Positions 36,196 to 45,220 of a DNA stretch of 64,000 nt are shown piece by piece. Position 1 is the first letter of the stretch, and the number at the start of each line of letters is the position of its first letter. The notes below the pieces were generated by a model. The model searched no databases. It saw only the letters and a list, made by a program, of their open reading frames with translations, and had not been told where the DNA came from. The position numbers were made by a program, and so were the translations under genes. The DNA is from Chitinophagales bacterium (GTDB taxonomy: Bacteria; Bacteroidota; Bacteroidia; Chitinophagales; CAIOSU01): assembly GCA_034440455.1 (NCBI GenBank), contig JAWXCB010000031.1, forward strand, positions 5,157 through 69,156. The letters are read 5' to 3'.

Positions 36196-37445
36196 ATATC
36201 CTCCTCCTCAATACTTCCGACACAACAGGGGGAGCAGCGCAAGCCTGCAACAGGCTCTACCGTGCTTTGCAACATGCAGGCGCAGACGTTTCTTTTTTTG
36301 TAAATGAAAAAACGGGGAACAGCACAGATATTCATTCCTTCAATGAAACATTCTTCAAAAAAAAAATCGCTGATGCACGTTTTGCAGCCGAGCGGATTTT
36401 GCTCTATCCGAAATTGCAAAACAAAAAAGACCTTTTCTTTTTCTCGCCTGCAAATACAGGCTTAGATATTTCAAATCATCCTGCGGTTAAGAAAGCTGAT
36501 GTTCTGCATCTGCACTGGTTCAACCAAGGATTTCTTTCGCTTGATTCATTGCAAAAACTCGCCTCATGGAAAAAGAAAATCGTGTGGACGCTGCACGATA
36601 TGTGGGGATTTACAGGCGGTTGTCATTATGCGCGGGGATGCGAAAATTTTAAAGAGAATTGCGGGAATTGTCCGTATCTCTCCGAAAAAACAAAACAAGA
36701 TTTATCAGCAGAGGTTTGGAAGAAGAAAGCAGCCCTCTATGACAAAAGTATTTTCACTTTCGTTACATGCAGCAAATGGCTGGCGGACATTGCAGCACAA
36801 AGTTCGCTGCTGCAAGGATTCAACATCCACGCAATTCCGAACCCGATTAACGTGGAAGTTTTCACCCCGATTAATAAGCGAGTAGCGAGAGAACAGTTAG
36901 GGCTGAACCCTGACAAATATTATATCCTGTTTGCCTCGCAAAATCTTGCAGACGAGCGCAAGGGGTTTCGCTACCTGCGCGAAGCGGTTGAGTTGTTGCA
37001 TGAAAAAAATCCTGAGTTGAAAAATAATGTTGAATTACTTGTGTTCGGAAAATCGAAAGTTGATTTACAAAGCTTGCTGCCCTTGAAAGTAAACACGCTC
37101 GGGAGTCTTTCCTCGCAAGAAAAAATAGTAGCTGCGTACAATGCTGCCAACCTCTTTGTGCTTCCTTCATTGGAAGATAACCTGCCAAACACAGTAATGG
37201 AAGCTCTGTCATGCGGTGTGCCAGTTGTATCCTTTAATACAGGCGGTATTCCTGAAATGGTGGATGACGGCATCAACGGTTTTCTCGCTGAACAAAAATC
37301 ATCCGCGCAATTAGCCGATGCAATGTTGCGCATTATTGAAAATAGGACTCCTTACGAAAGCCTTGCCGAAAACGCACGAAAGAAAGTGCTGGAGAATTTC
37401 AGTTTTGAGAAAGTAGCAAGGCAATATTTGGAAGTTTATAAGTAA
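36192..37445 (+). CDS. GT4-family glycosyltransferase
   Basis: GT-B C-terminal EX7E region (LPSLEDNLPNTVMEALSCGVPVV) and GGIPE motif. ATGA overlap with the upstream stop. Confidence 0.85.
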   Translation: MNILLLNTSDTTGGAAQACNRLYRALQHAGADVSFFVNEKTGNSTDIHSFNETFFKKKIADARFAAERILLYPKLQNKKDLFFFSPANTGLDISNHPAVKKADVLHLHWFNQGFLSLDSLQKLASWKKKIVWTLHDMWGFTGGCHYARGCENFKENCGNCPYLSEKTKQDLSAEVWKKKAALYDKSIFTFVTCSKWLADIAAQSSLLQGFNIHAIPNPINVEVFTPINKRVAREQLGLNPDKYYILFASQNLADERKGFRYLREAVELLHEKNPELKNNVELLVFGKSKVDLQSLLPLKVNTLGSLSSQEKIVAAYNAANLFVLPSLEDNLPNTVMEALSCGVPVVSFNTGGIPEMVDDGINGFLAEQKSSAQLADAMLRIIENRTPYESLAENARKKVLENFSFEKVARQYLEVYK

Positions 37446-37446
37446 T

Positions 37447-37524
37447 CCTGTCATTGCGGACTCGTTCTGCAATCCCCAAGTTTATATTGAGCAGAGGATG
37501 CCGGAATGAATCCGGCATGACAGG
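37447..37524. terminator. Composite palindrome between convergent genes (candidate bidirectional terminator / REP-type element)
   Basis: Outer arms cctgtcat (37447-37454) and atgacagg (37517-37524). Inner hairpins attgcgga..ttctgcaat (37453-37473) and atgccgga-atgaa-tccggcat (37498-37518, 8 bp perfect). No U-tract. Confidence 0.35.
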
Positions 37525-37527
37525 TAA

Positions 37528-40014
37528 CTAACTGAAGAACTTCTTCACCTCCATCACAACCACCCCAAGCACCAACAGCAATGTGAGTGCCGAGAACGCA
37601 AGGCTTACTTTCTCGCCCGTGTAATATGAATGCGGTTTGAATTCAAACGTGATCGTGTGGTCTCCGGCAGGCATCCGCATTCCACGCAGCACATAGTTCA
37701 CGCGAATATGCTCCGCAGGTTTTCCATCGAGGAATGCCTGCCAGCCCTTATCATAGTACACATCAGAAAACACTACAAATTGCTCCGAAGTTGTTGCCGC
37801 TTTGTATTCTAATTTCTCCGGCTCATAAACTGTAAGCATGATGCCGGCTCCTGAATCAGCAGAAGAAGCAAACCCACTCAGATAACTTTCAAAGCGTTTA
37901 TCAGCAAAGGCTGTTTGCGCAGGATTGAAACTCGTAAGCGCGTTCATTTCTTCCTCCGCATTCTGAACAATTTTACATTCCTGCACAAACCACGCATTGC
38001 CCATCGCGTTGGGATTGCGAATCACCTGATCATCTTTTCCAATGATGTAGCGCATGTTCAGCATGTTGAGTACAGGAATATTCTCATTGGAAAATCCTTT
38101 ACTGATACGCTGCATATTCGGAGTGATTTGCTTTTCAATCAAATCCTGATAACGCCTGATTTTAGCTGCATGATAACCACCAATTGATTTGTGATGATAC
38201 GAAGTGAGCGCATCGTTAAATGTGCTCGTGGTGAAATTCAACACGCGATAATACAAGTCAGTATCTTGTTTAATTTCCAAATCTGCTTTCGATGGACGGA
38301 AATATTTTTCTTTATCGGATTTTGAAATGAAATCACTGTCGTTGAGATAGCGCTTTGAAACGCCCCATGTGTCAAGCAACATCAATACGCCCAACGCATA
38401 CACTAAATAATTTGCTTTGATTTTATTTCCGATGTATGCAAAAAGCAAAGCGGCAGCCATTCCGATAAATAACAGCGAACGGAATGCATCACTCCGCATC
38501 ATCGCTGCGCGGTCGGCTTGCAGCGCATCCACAGGCCAACCGCTTTCTGCAAGCCGCGCATCAACTTCTGCTTTGAAATCAAAGAAATAACTTCCTGCTA
38601 TACCGGCAACAAACACCACTCCGGCTGTGATTGCGAGCGATTTCAGCAACGCTCTTTTTATCTCTTCGCCTTTCAGTTTGCCGCTTACAACTTCATAAAT
38701 CGCCAAACCCGCTAAAAATACAACTGCAAGATTGGCAACTGAAAGAATCATGGCGGGTGTGCGGAATTTATTATAAAAAGGGAAGTAGTGGAAGAACAGC
38801 ATGTTGAACGCTTCAAAGTTCTTACCCCAAGCAAGAAACATCGTAAACACTGCGATGGCGAGAAACACCCACTTCACCGGATTTCTAATCAAAAACATTC
38901 CCAGCACAAATAAAAAACAAGTAATCGCCCCGAAGTAAGTTGGACCTGATGTGAAAGGCTGGTCGCCCCAATAAGTAGGCGCGCCCTGTTCCACTATTTT
39001 TTTCACTTGCGTTTTCGGCACGCCTTTTTTCAATAATTCTTTTGCAAGGTTTGAATCATCGCCCAGCGCTTCCTGCGATGCTCCACCCATATAGTTCGGT
39101 ATCAACAGCGTGAGCGTTTCTAATTTGCCATAGCTCCAACTGAACGCATAATCTTTATCCAAGCCCGATAATTTTTCTTCTGATAGCTCGGAAGTGCCGC
39201 CACGAATGGTTTCTTTGGAATATTCATAAGTCGTCCACAGTTGCCCTGCGTTTGAACCGATGCCGAGCGCAAGAGCAAGCAATAACGCTCCTGTGGCTTT
39301 TGTGAAATTTGCAAACTGTTTTTCCTTAACCGCAAGAACCAAATAAAATACGCCAATCATCCCACTGGCAAGCATCGTGTAGTAGGTGATTTGAAAATGG
39401 TTTGAACGCACCTGTATCGCCAGCACCAGCGCAGTGAGCGCAGCGCCAAACAAAATCCTTCCGCGATATGCCGCAATAAATCCCGCCAGGATAGGCGCCA
39501 TTAGCGCGATGCAGCGCACCTTGCTTGTATGCCCAGCGTCAATATTGATGAAGTTGTAAGAAGAAAAAGCAAACCCAATAGCCGCCACTGCCGATACCCA
39601 CGGATTATTCGTGAACGTAAATAATAACACATAGCATCCCAGCATCAGCAGAAAAACCAAGTGCGCAGTTTCAGGATAAATCGCCTTGATAAAATAAATC
39701 GCGTAAGTAACAAGATTTGACGGGAAATCAGTAAGTATTTGGAAGGAGGGCATGCCGCAAAACATGCCGTTTGTCCACAGCGGGTAGTGTCCGGTTTTTT
39801 CATGCCACGCACGGCTTTCACCCTGCATACCCATTGACTGCACAATGTCGTGCTGCGCCAGTTCTTTACCCTGCAACTGCGGCAACAGATAGACCCAGGT
39901 GAGCGCGGTGAATATTGCAATAATGATAAGATGCGGAAGCAGAGCTTTGAGTAAAGGGTTTTGAGTCATGCCCACAAATTTGTTTTGGGTAAAAATAAAG
40001 AAACCTCGCAGCAT
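37528..40014 (-). CDS. YfhO-like large polytopic membrane protein (GT-C-type glycosyltransferase candidate)
   Basis: 828 aa with about 13 TM helices, a C-terminal extracytoplasmic domain and a final TM helix. The architecture and N-terminal region are typical of Bacteroidota YfhO-family proteins. An alternative start is the ATG at 39969 (MTQNPLL). Confidence 0.6.
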   Translation of the reverse strand: MLRGFFIFTQNKFVGMTQNPLLKALLPHLIIIAIFTALTWVYLLPQLQGKELAQHDIVQSMGMQGESRAWHEKTGHYPLWTNGMFCGMPSFQILTDFPSNLVTYAIYFIKAIYPETAHLVFLLMLGCYVLLFTFTNNPWVSAVAAIGFAFSSYNFINIDAGHTSKVRCIALMAPILAGFIAAYRGRILFGAALTALVLAIQVRSNHFQITYYTMLASGMIGVFYLVLAVKEKQFANFTKATGALLLALALGIGSNAGQLWTTYEYSKETIRGGTSELSEEKLSGLDKDYAFSWSYGKLETLTLLIPNYMGGASQEALGDDSNLAKELLKKGVPKTQVKKIVEQGAPTYWGDQPFTSGPTYFGAITCFLFVLGMFLIRNPVKWVFLAIAVFTMFLAWGKNFEAFNMLFFHYFPFYNKFRTPAMILSVANLAVVFLAGLAIYEVVSGKLKGEEIKRALLKSLAITAGVVFVAGIAGSYFFDFKAEVDARLAESGWPVDALQADRAAMMRSDAFRSLLFIGMAAALLFAYIGNKIKANYLVYALGVLMLLDTWGVSKRYLNDSDFISKSDKEKYFRPSKADLEIKQDTDLYYRVLNFTTSTFNDALTSYHHKSIGGYHAAKIRRYQDLIEKQITPNMQRISKGFSNENIPVLNMLNMRYIIGKDDQVIRNPNAMGNAWFVQECKIVQNAEEEMNALTSFNPAQTAFADKRFESYLSGFASSADSGAGIMLTVYEPEKLEYKAATTSEQFVVFSDVYYDKGWQAFLDGKPAEHIRVNYVLRGMRMPAGDHTITFEFKPHSYYTGEKVSLAFSALTLLLVLGVVVMEVKKFFS

Positions 40015-40048
40015 TGCGGATGTGAGGTTTACAGTTCAAAGTTCAATT

Positions 40049-41092
40049 CTATTGGCTGCCCTTATCCTCCTGATACACCGTCTGCAATAAAGTTTGCCCC
40101 ACAGCCTTCAGCGCGCTTTTATCAATGATGGAGAGATTATCCTGATGCGTGTGCCAATGCGCACCGAATAAATTCGGCAGGTTGTTGTCTAAATAAATAA
40201 TGTCAATGGTGGGAATACCTGTGATTTGGTTGATGTAAAAATGGTCATCAACAATCGGGCGCAAGGAAGGCTTAAATAAAAAGCGATTCGAGTAGCCGAG
40301 TTGCGCTCCATTGTTCCACACGCTGCGCACCACGGAGGGCGCATTATGTATGGAGTAGGCTTCCATTGGGAAAATGCTTTTGTGCGCGCCTACCATGTCG
40401 AGCAAGATGCCATACTTTGCGTTGTAGCCGGACACGTGCAGATTTTTTGCCCAATACTGCGAGCCGAGACAATATGTGTCTTCTCCTCCCTGCGCGTTCC
40501 CATAATCTTCGACATCAAAGAAAATAATATCCACCCCGATTTTCACGGGTTGTTGGCGTAATGCTTTCGCAACTTCGAGCAACACGGCAACACCGCTTGC
40601 GCCATCATCAGCGCCATCATTGGGTTTGTCGCGTTTAGTCGGGTCAGGGTCCTGGTCGGCAAACGGGCGCGTATCCCAATGTGCGCAGAGGAAAACGCGA
40701 TTTTTTACTTCAGGATTAAAAGCTGCGATGATGTTTTTGAAATTTAACATTGCGCCATTGTACGCCTTCACTTGTCCTGTTTGCAGATACATTTTATCGG
40801 CATACATTCTCAGTGTACTATCCAACCAATTTCCGCAGGCAACGTGCGCATCGGTGTTCGGAACACGCGGACCAAACGCTACTTGTTTTTTCACGAAGGA
40901 AAAAGCAGAGTCTTCATTGAAGACCGGAGTAGCAACTAATTGAGGCTTTGTTTCAGCAGCGGGCTGTGGCTTATTGCTTTCGCTTTCACAACTTGAAAAA
41001 AGAGCAATGAATAAAACTCCAACAATAAAAAGCGTGTTAAACTTCTGACTCCCTCTCCCTTGGGAGAGGGTTGGGGTGAGGTGTCTAAACAT
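40049..41092 (-). CDS. M28-family metallopeptidase / glutaminyl-cyclase-like lipoprotein
   Basis: Zinc-ligand blocks HWDTRP, DDGASGVAVLLE, FFDVEDYG, LDMVG and WHTHQD. Lipobox LFSSC. The first 12 codons are encoded by a REP copy (see findings). Confidence 0.8.
   Translation of the reverse strand: MFRHLTPTLSQGRGSQKFNTLFIVGVLFIALFSSCESESNKPQPAAETKPQLVATPVFNEDSAFSFVKKQVAFGPRVPNTDAHVACGNWLDSTLRMYADKMYLQTGQVKAYNGAMLNFKNIIAAFNPEVKNRVFLCAHWDTRPFADQDPDPTKRDKPNDGADDGASGVAVLLEVAKALRQQPVKIGVDIIFFDVEDYGNAQGGEDTYCLGSQYWAKNLHVSGYNAKYGILLDMVGAHKSIFPMEAYSIHNAPSVVRSVWNNGAQLGYSNRFLFKPSLRPIVDDHFYINQITGIPTIDIIYLDNNLPNLFGAHWHTHQDNLSIIDKSALKAVGQTLLQTVYQEDKGSQ
41046..41082 (+). repeat. REP-like palindromic element, copy 5 (inside the annotated 5' end of the M28 gene)
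   Basis: gactccctctcccttgggagagggttggggtgaggtg, with hairpin ccctctccc/gggagaggg followed by ggggtgagg. Confidence 0.75.
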
Positions 41093-42591
41093 CAGTCAGT
41101 TTTTACAGTCCATGATGTGCCTTCCTTGCCATCAAGCAATTGAATCTTCAACTTCGCAAGTTCATCGCGGATAACGTCAGAAGTGGCGTAATCTTTTTTC
41201 TCCCTTACTTTCTTACGCAGGCTGATAATCAACTGCATCAAATCGTCTGTTTGCCCGTTGTTGTCGGTTTGTTCATCTTTCAACCCGAGAATGTCAAGGA
41301 TATAACTATGGAATGCGTGCGACAGCTTTTCAAAAGTTGTTTTACGGATGGAATTCAACGCAACCAATTTGTCTTGAAACGAATTGATTTTAGATGAAAG
41401 CTCAAAAAGATTCGCCAGCGTCATTGCCGTGTTGAAATCATCGTCCATCAATTCTTTGCACTTATCGCAAAGGTCAGAGATTTCTTTATCAAGTGATTCG
41501 CTGATGCTTCCTTCCGATGCCGGATATTGCAGCTTGCCAAGATTTGATAATGAATTCATCAAACGTCTGAATCCTTTCTCTGCAGCTTGCAGCGCTTCGT
41601 TTGAAAAATCGAGCGTGCTGCGATAATGTGATTGCAGCATGAAGAAACGAATCGTCATCGGGGAATAGCCTCTTTCCAACAGCGGATGGTTTCCCGTGAA
41701 AAGTTCCAGCGGAAGAAAACCATTACCTGCAGATTTCGACATGCGCACGCCATTCACGGTGAGCATATTGGTGTGCATCCAATATTTCACCGGCTCCGCA
41801 TGATTGCATGCCTGCGATTGCGCGATTTCATTGGTGTGATGTGTCGCAATCAAGTCCATACCGCCTCCGTGAATATCGAACGTAGCCCCCAAATATTTTG
41901 CGCTCATTGCAGAACATTCAAGATGCCATCCCGGAAATCCCCAGCCCCAGGGCGAGAGCCAGCGCATGATGTGTTCAGGCTTCGCTTTTATCCAAAGCGC
42001 AAAATCCAATCTGCCTTTCTTCTCATCCTGACCGCCAAGTTCGCGTGTGCCTTCAAGCAGTTCTTCCAATTTTCTGTTGGAGAGAATTCCGTAGTTGTGC
42101 TGCTTTGAATATTTTTCCACGTCAAAATAAACCGTTCCATCAGCGACATACCCCAACCCTGATTCAATGATTTGTTTTGCCATTTCAATTTGCTCGCAGA
42201 TATGTCCGGTGGCGGTAGGCTCAATATTCGGTGACAGCGTATTGAATAGCCGCATCACATCACGGAAACCGACTGTGTATTTCTGCACGATTTCCATCGG
42301 TTCTAATTGTTCCAGCTTTGCCTTCTTCGCGAATTTATCTTCTCCTTCATCATGGTCACCTTCAAGATGACCCGCATCGGTGATGTTGCGCACGTAGCGC
42401 ACTTTATATCCCGAATGCACGAGATACCTGTAAATCATGTCGAAAGAAATGAACGTGCGGCAATTACCGAGATGCACATCATTGTAAACGGTGGGTCCGC
42501 ACACATACATGCCGACAAATGGCGGATTCAGCGGTTCGAATTTTTCTTTTTCGCGTGAAAGCGTATTATAGAGATGAAGTGTTGATGACAT
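41092..42591 (-). CDS. cysS: Cysteine--tRNA ligase
   Basis: HIGH-region MYVCGPTVYNDVHLGNCR, KMSKS-type RMSKSAGN, length 499 aa. Confidence 0.95.
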   Translation of the reverse strand: MSSTLHLYNTLSREKEKFEPLNPPFVGMYVCGPTVYNDVHLGNCRTFISFDMIYRYLVHSGYKVRYVRNITDAGHLEGDHDEGEDKFAKKAKLEQLEPMEIVQKYTVGFRDVMRLFNTLSPNIEPTATGHICEQIEMAKQIIESGLGYVADGTVYFDVEKYSKQHNYGILSNRKLEELLEGTRELGGQDEKKGRLDFALWIKAKPEHIMRWLSPWGWGFPGWHLECSAMSAKYLGATFDIHGGGMDLIATHHTNEIAQSQACNHAEPVKYWMHTNMLTVNGVRMSKSAGNGFLPLELFTGNHPLLERGYSPMTIRFFMLQSHYRSTLDFSNEALQAAEKGFRRLMNSLSNLGKLQYPASEGSISESLDKEISDLCDKCKELMDDDFNTAMTLANLFELSSKINSFQDKLVALNSIRKTTFEKLSHAFHSYILDILGLKDEQTDNNGQTDDLMQLIISLRKKVREKKDYATSDVIRDELAKLKIQLLDGKEGTSWTVKTD

Positions 42592-42740
42592 GGGGCGTAA
42601 AGATAATTGAATTTAAAAATGGGATGATTTAGAAAATTTGAGGAGTTTCCTCTGGAAAATTGCTCCCCGTTTTAACGTAATTTCAAAGGAAAAGATACCT
42701 CCCCGCTGCTGTTCTATCCTCCAACTTTTCAACTTCGCAA

Positions 42741-44039
42741 ATGTCACTTTCGCTCAATTTTAATCACACCGCATATACTGCCGACTCGCTCATGTTCTTT
42801 GTGGACATGAACAGCTTTTTTGCCGCTTGCGAACAACAAGTGAATTTTTACCTGCGCGGCAGACCGGTGGGCGTGTGCGTCTATACTGGAAAATACGGCT
42901 GCGTGATTGCGCCTTCCATTGAAGCAAAACAAAAAGGAGTGAAAACCGGAATGCGCTTGAATGAAGCGATGCAACTCTGCCCCGAACTTGTTCCATTGGA
43001 AACAAATCCCGCTCGTTATCGAGAGTTTCATATCGCGTTCATTGGGGTGCTGAAAAAATATACCGATGAAGTGATTCCCAAAAGCATAGATGAAGCGGTG
43101 ATGAACCTCACTTCAAGCAGGTTGCTTTATAAAAATCCGGTGGAGCTTGCGAAAAAAATTAAACAGGATATTAAAGATAAAGTAGGCGACTGGCTCACCT
43201 GCTCCATCGGCATTGCGCCCAATGCGTTTCTTGCAAAACTTGGTTCTGATTTACAAAAGCCGGATGGATTGGTGATTATCACGCCATCAAATATTGACGA
43301 AGTGTTGAGCAAGTTGCGCCTCACTGACTTACCCGGCATTGCTGCGGGCATGGCGCTGCGCTTAGAGTTGGGCGGCATTCACACTCCGCTGCAACTGCGG
43401 CACACACCGCCTGATAAACTGAAACGCATTTGCAAAAGCGTGGTGGGATTGCACTGGCACTACCGCCTCAACTTTGCAGAGGTGGACACCATGACGCGCG
43501 ACTATAAAAGCATGCAGGCGATGCGGCAGGTTTCCAAAGAGCAGCGAAAGTCAGTGGAAATTCTGGAAGACATTCTGCTCACGCTGTGCATGACACTGGA
43601 AGCGCGGTTGGTGAAGAATAATTTCTTTGCGAAAGAATTTTTCATGCACGTGAGTTACGAAAATGGAAGTCAGTGGGCTGACAAAGTAATCCATCAGTCG
43701 CCCTTGCAGGACGGAACTGAAATACTTAGTATCGTGAAATCAAGAATGCAAAAATTTCAAACAGCGCATCAATCGGGCGTATTGATTAACTCCAAGGTAA
43801 CTGCGCTGGGCGTGGGCGCCACGCATTTCGTGCCGGATGATTTGGTGCAATACAGTTTATTTGAAGACAATGTGCGGAAAGACAATCTGCGCAAAACAGT
43901 GTATGAAGTGAAAGGGAAATACGGCAGGGATAAAATCATGAAGGCGATTGAACTTAAGGAAAATGATATTATGAAAGACGTCATCGGATTTGGCTCGGTG
44001 AAGGACTTGCATATCGGGAGCAGTGTATTAGATGAGTGA
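42741..44039 (+). CDS. Y-family DNA polymerase (DinB/UmuC-like)
   Basis: N-terminal FFVDMNSFFAACEQ and catalytic SIDEA motif. Little-finger-length C-terminus. Confidence 0.8.
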   Translation: MSLSLNFNHTAYTADSLMFFVDMNSFFAACEQQVNFYLRGRPVGVCVYTGKYGCVIAPSIEAKQKGVKTGMRLNEAMQLCPELVPLETNPARYREFHIAFIGVLKKYTDEVIPKSIDEAVMNLTSSRLLYKNPVELAKKIKQDIKDKVGDWLTCSIGIAPNAFLAKLGSDLQKPDGLVIITPSNIDEVLSKLRLTDLPGIAAGMALRLELGGIHTPLQLRHTPPDKLKRICKSVVGLHWHYRLNFAEVDTMTRDYKSMQAMRQVSKEQRKSVEILEDILLTLCMTLEARLVKNNFFAKEFFMHVSYENGSQWADKVIHQSPLQDGTEILSIVKSRMQKFQTAHQSGVLINSKVTALGVGATHFVPDDLVQYSLFEDNVRKDNLRKTVYEVKGKYGRDKIMKAIELKENDIMKDVIGFGSVKDLHIGSSVLDE

Positions 44040-44041
44040 CA

Positions 44042-45127
44042 TCACGGTTTTTCAAACAACCCATACGCGGCAAAATGGTCAGATGATTGGTTCCACTGCG
44101 TTTTATGCGCCAGCGTTTTAATGCGCGGGTCGGGGAGCACGTAATCTATGCGCAGAAAGGGATAAGGCGCGGTGTAAGTAAAACCGAATCCACATCCGCC
44201 TTCCAGAAAGGAATCATCCAAGCCTTTTGAAATTTGATGATAGGCATACGAGTTTGGCGTATCGTTGAAATCTCCGCATACAATCGTTTTGTAAGGACAC
44301 GCTTCAATTTTTTCATGCAATAAATCTGCTTGTGCTGCGCGTTTCACAAATGCTGTTTTCAATTTGTTGAATGATTTTCCCAGCGACACTTTTTCTAACT
44401 GCTGCTCCATCAGGTCTTTCACTTCAGCGTAATCTTTTTCATTAAAATAGATGGATTGCAGGTGCGTGTTGAAAATCCGCACCGTATCATCGCCAATCAA
44501 TACATCCGTAGCGATGCAGGCGTTGTGCATGGAATTTTGAAAAGGAATATTTTCTTTTGCCACAATCGGAAATTTTGAAAAGGTGGCAATTCCCCAATGA
44601 TGTGTTTTCTCAATCGTGAGCGTTTTGTGAAAATGATAATAAGGATAACGCTCTTTTAACTCTTTCACGGTGTTGAACTTCTCGCTGTCGGAATAAAATT
44701 CCTGAATGCACAAAATATCGGGGTCAGGATTTTTGATGATTTGCAGGATATAATTTTTTGATTCTGCATTCTGCGTCCAGCTATACAGGTCAAACACCTT
44801 CACATTAAAACTCATTACTGAAAAAGAATTGTCAGGCGCGTCCACCGCGTGGCACGTTTTCCATCCGATTTGATTGGAAATATTCCACGCGCTTAATACG
44901 AGCGCAATGCCGGAAATCAGCATATAGCATTTTTTGAAAATCAGCCAGAAGAAAATCCAAAAGACATTTGCAAGCACAATTCCGGGAAATGCCAACCCCG
45001 GAAATGCAAAGAGCCATGACCATTCCGGGCTGATGAAGGGAGCAAGACAAGCCGCTAAAAGCAGAGTTGCAAAAAGAAGATTGATGCTTGTCAGCAACAG
45101 TTGAAGAATGGATTTTACCGTTTCCAT
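44042..45127 (-). CDS. Endonuclease/exonuclease/phosphatase (EEP) family protein, N-terminally membrane embedded
   Basis: N-terminal TM helices, then EEP motifs (MSFNVKVF, CGDFNDTP, SDHFAAYG). Confidence 0.8.
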   Translation of the reverse strand: METVKSILQLLLTSINLLFATLLLAACLAPFISPEWSWLFAFPGLAFPGIVLANVFWIFFWLIFKKCYMLISGIALVLSAWNISNQIGWKTCHAVDAPDNSFSVMSFNVKVFDLYSWTQNAESKNYILQIIKNPDPDILCIQEFYSDSEKFNTVKELKERYPYYHFHKTLTIEKTHHWGIATFSKFPIVAKENIPFQNSMHNACIATDVLIGDDTVRIFNTHLQSIYFNEKDYAEVKDLMEQQLEKVSLGKSFNKLKTAFVKRAAQADLLHEKIEACPYKTIVCGDFNDTPNSYAYHQISKGLDDSFLEGGCGFGFTYTAPYPFLRIDYVLPDPRIKTLAHKTQWNQSSDHFAAYGLFEKP

Positions 45128-45180
45128 TTAGAATAGAACGAATGCAGTTTTCATAAACTTTCTTTCAATGAGATGCCGTT

Positions 45181-45218
45181 CGGACTCCCTCTTCCGCCAT
45201 AGGCGGACGGGGTGAGGT
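45181..45218 (+). repeat. REP-like palindromic element, copy 6
   Basis: cggactccctcttccgccataggcggacggggtgaggt, immediately downstream of the rhomboid gene stop. Confidence 0.65.
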
Positions 45219-45220
45219 CA

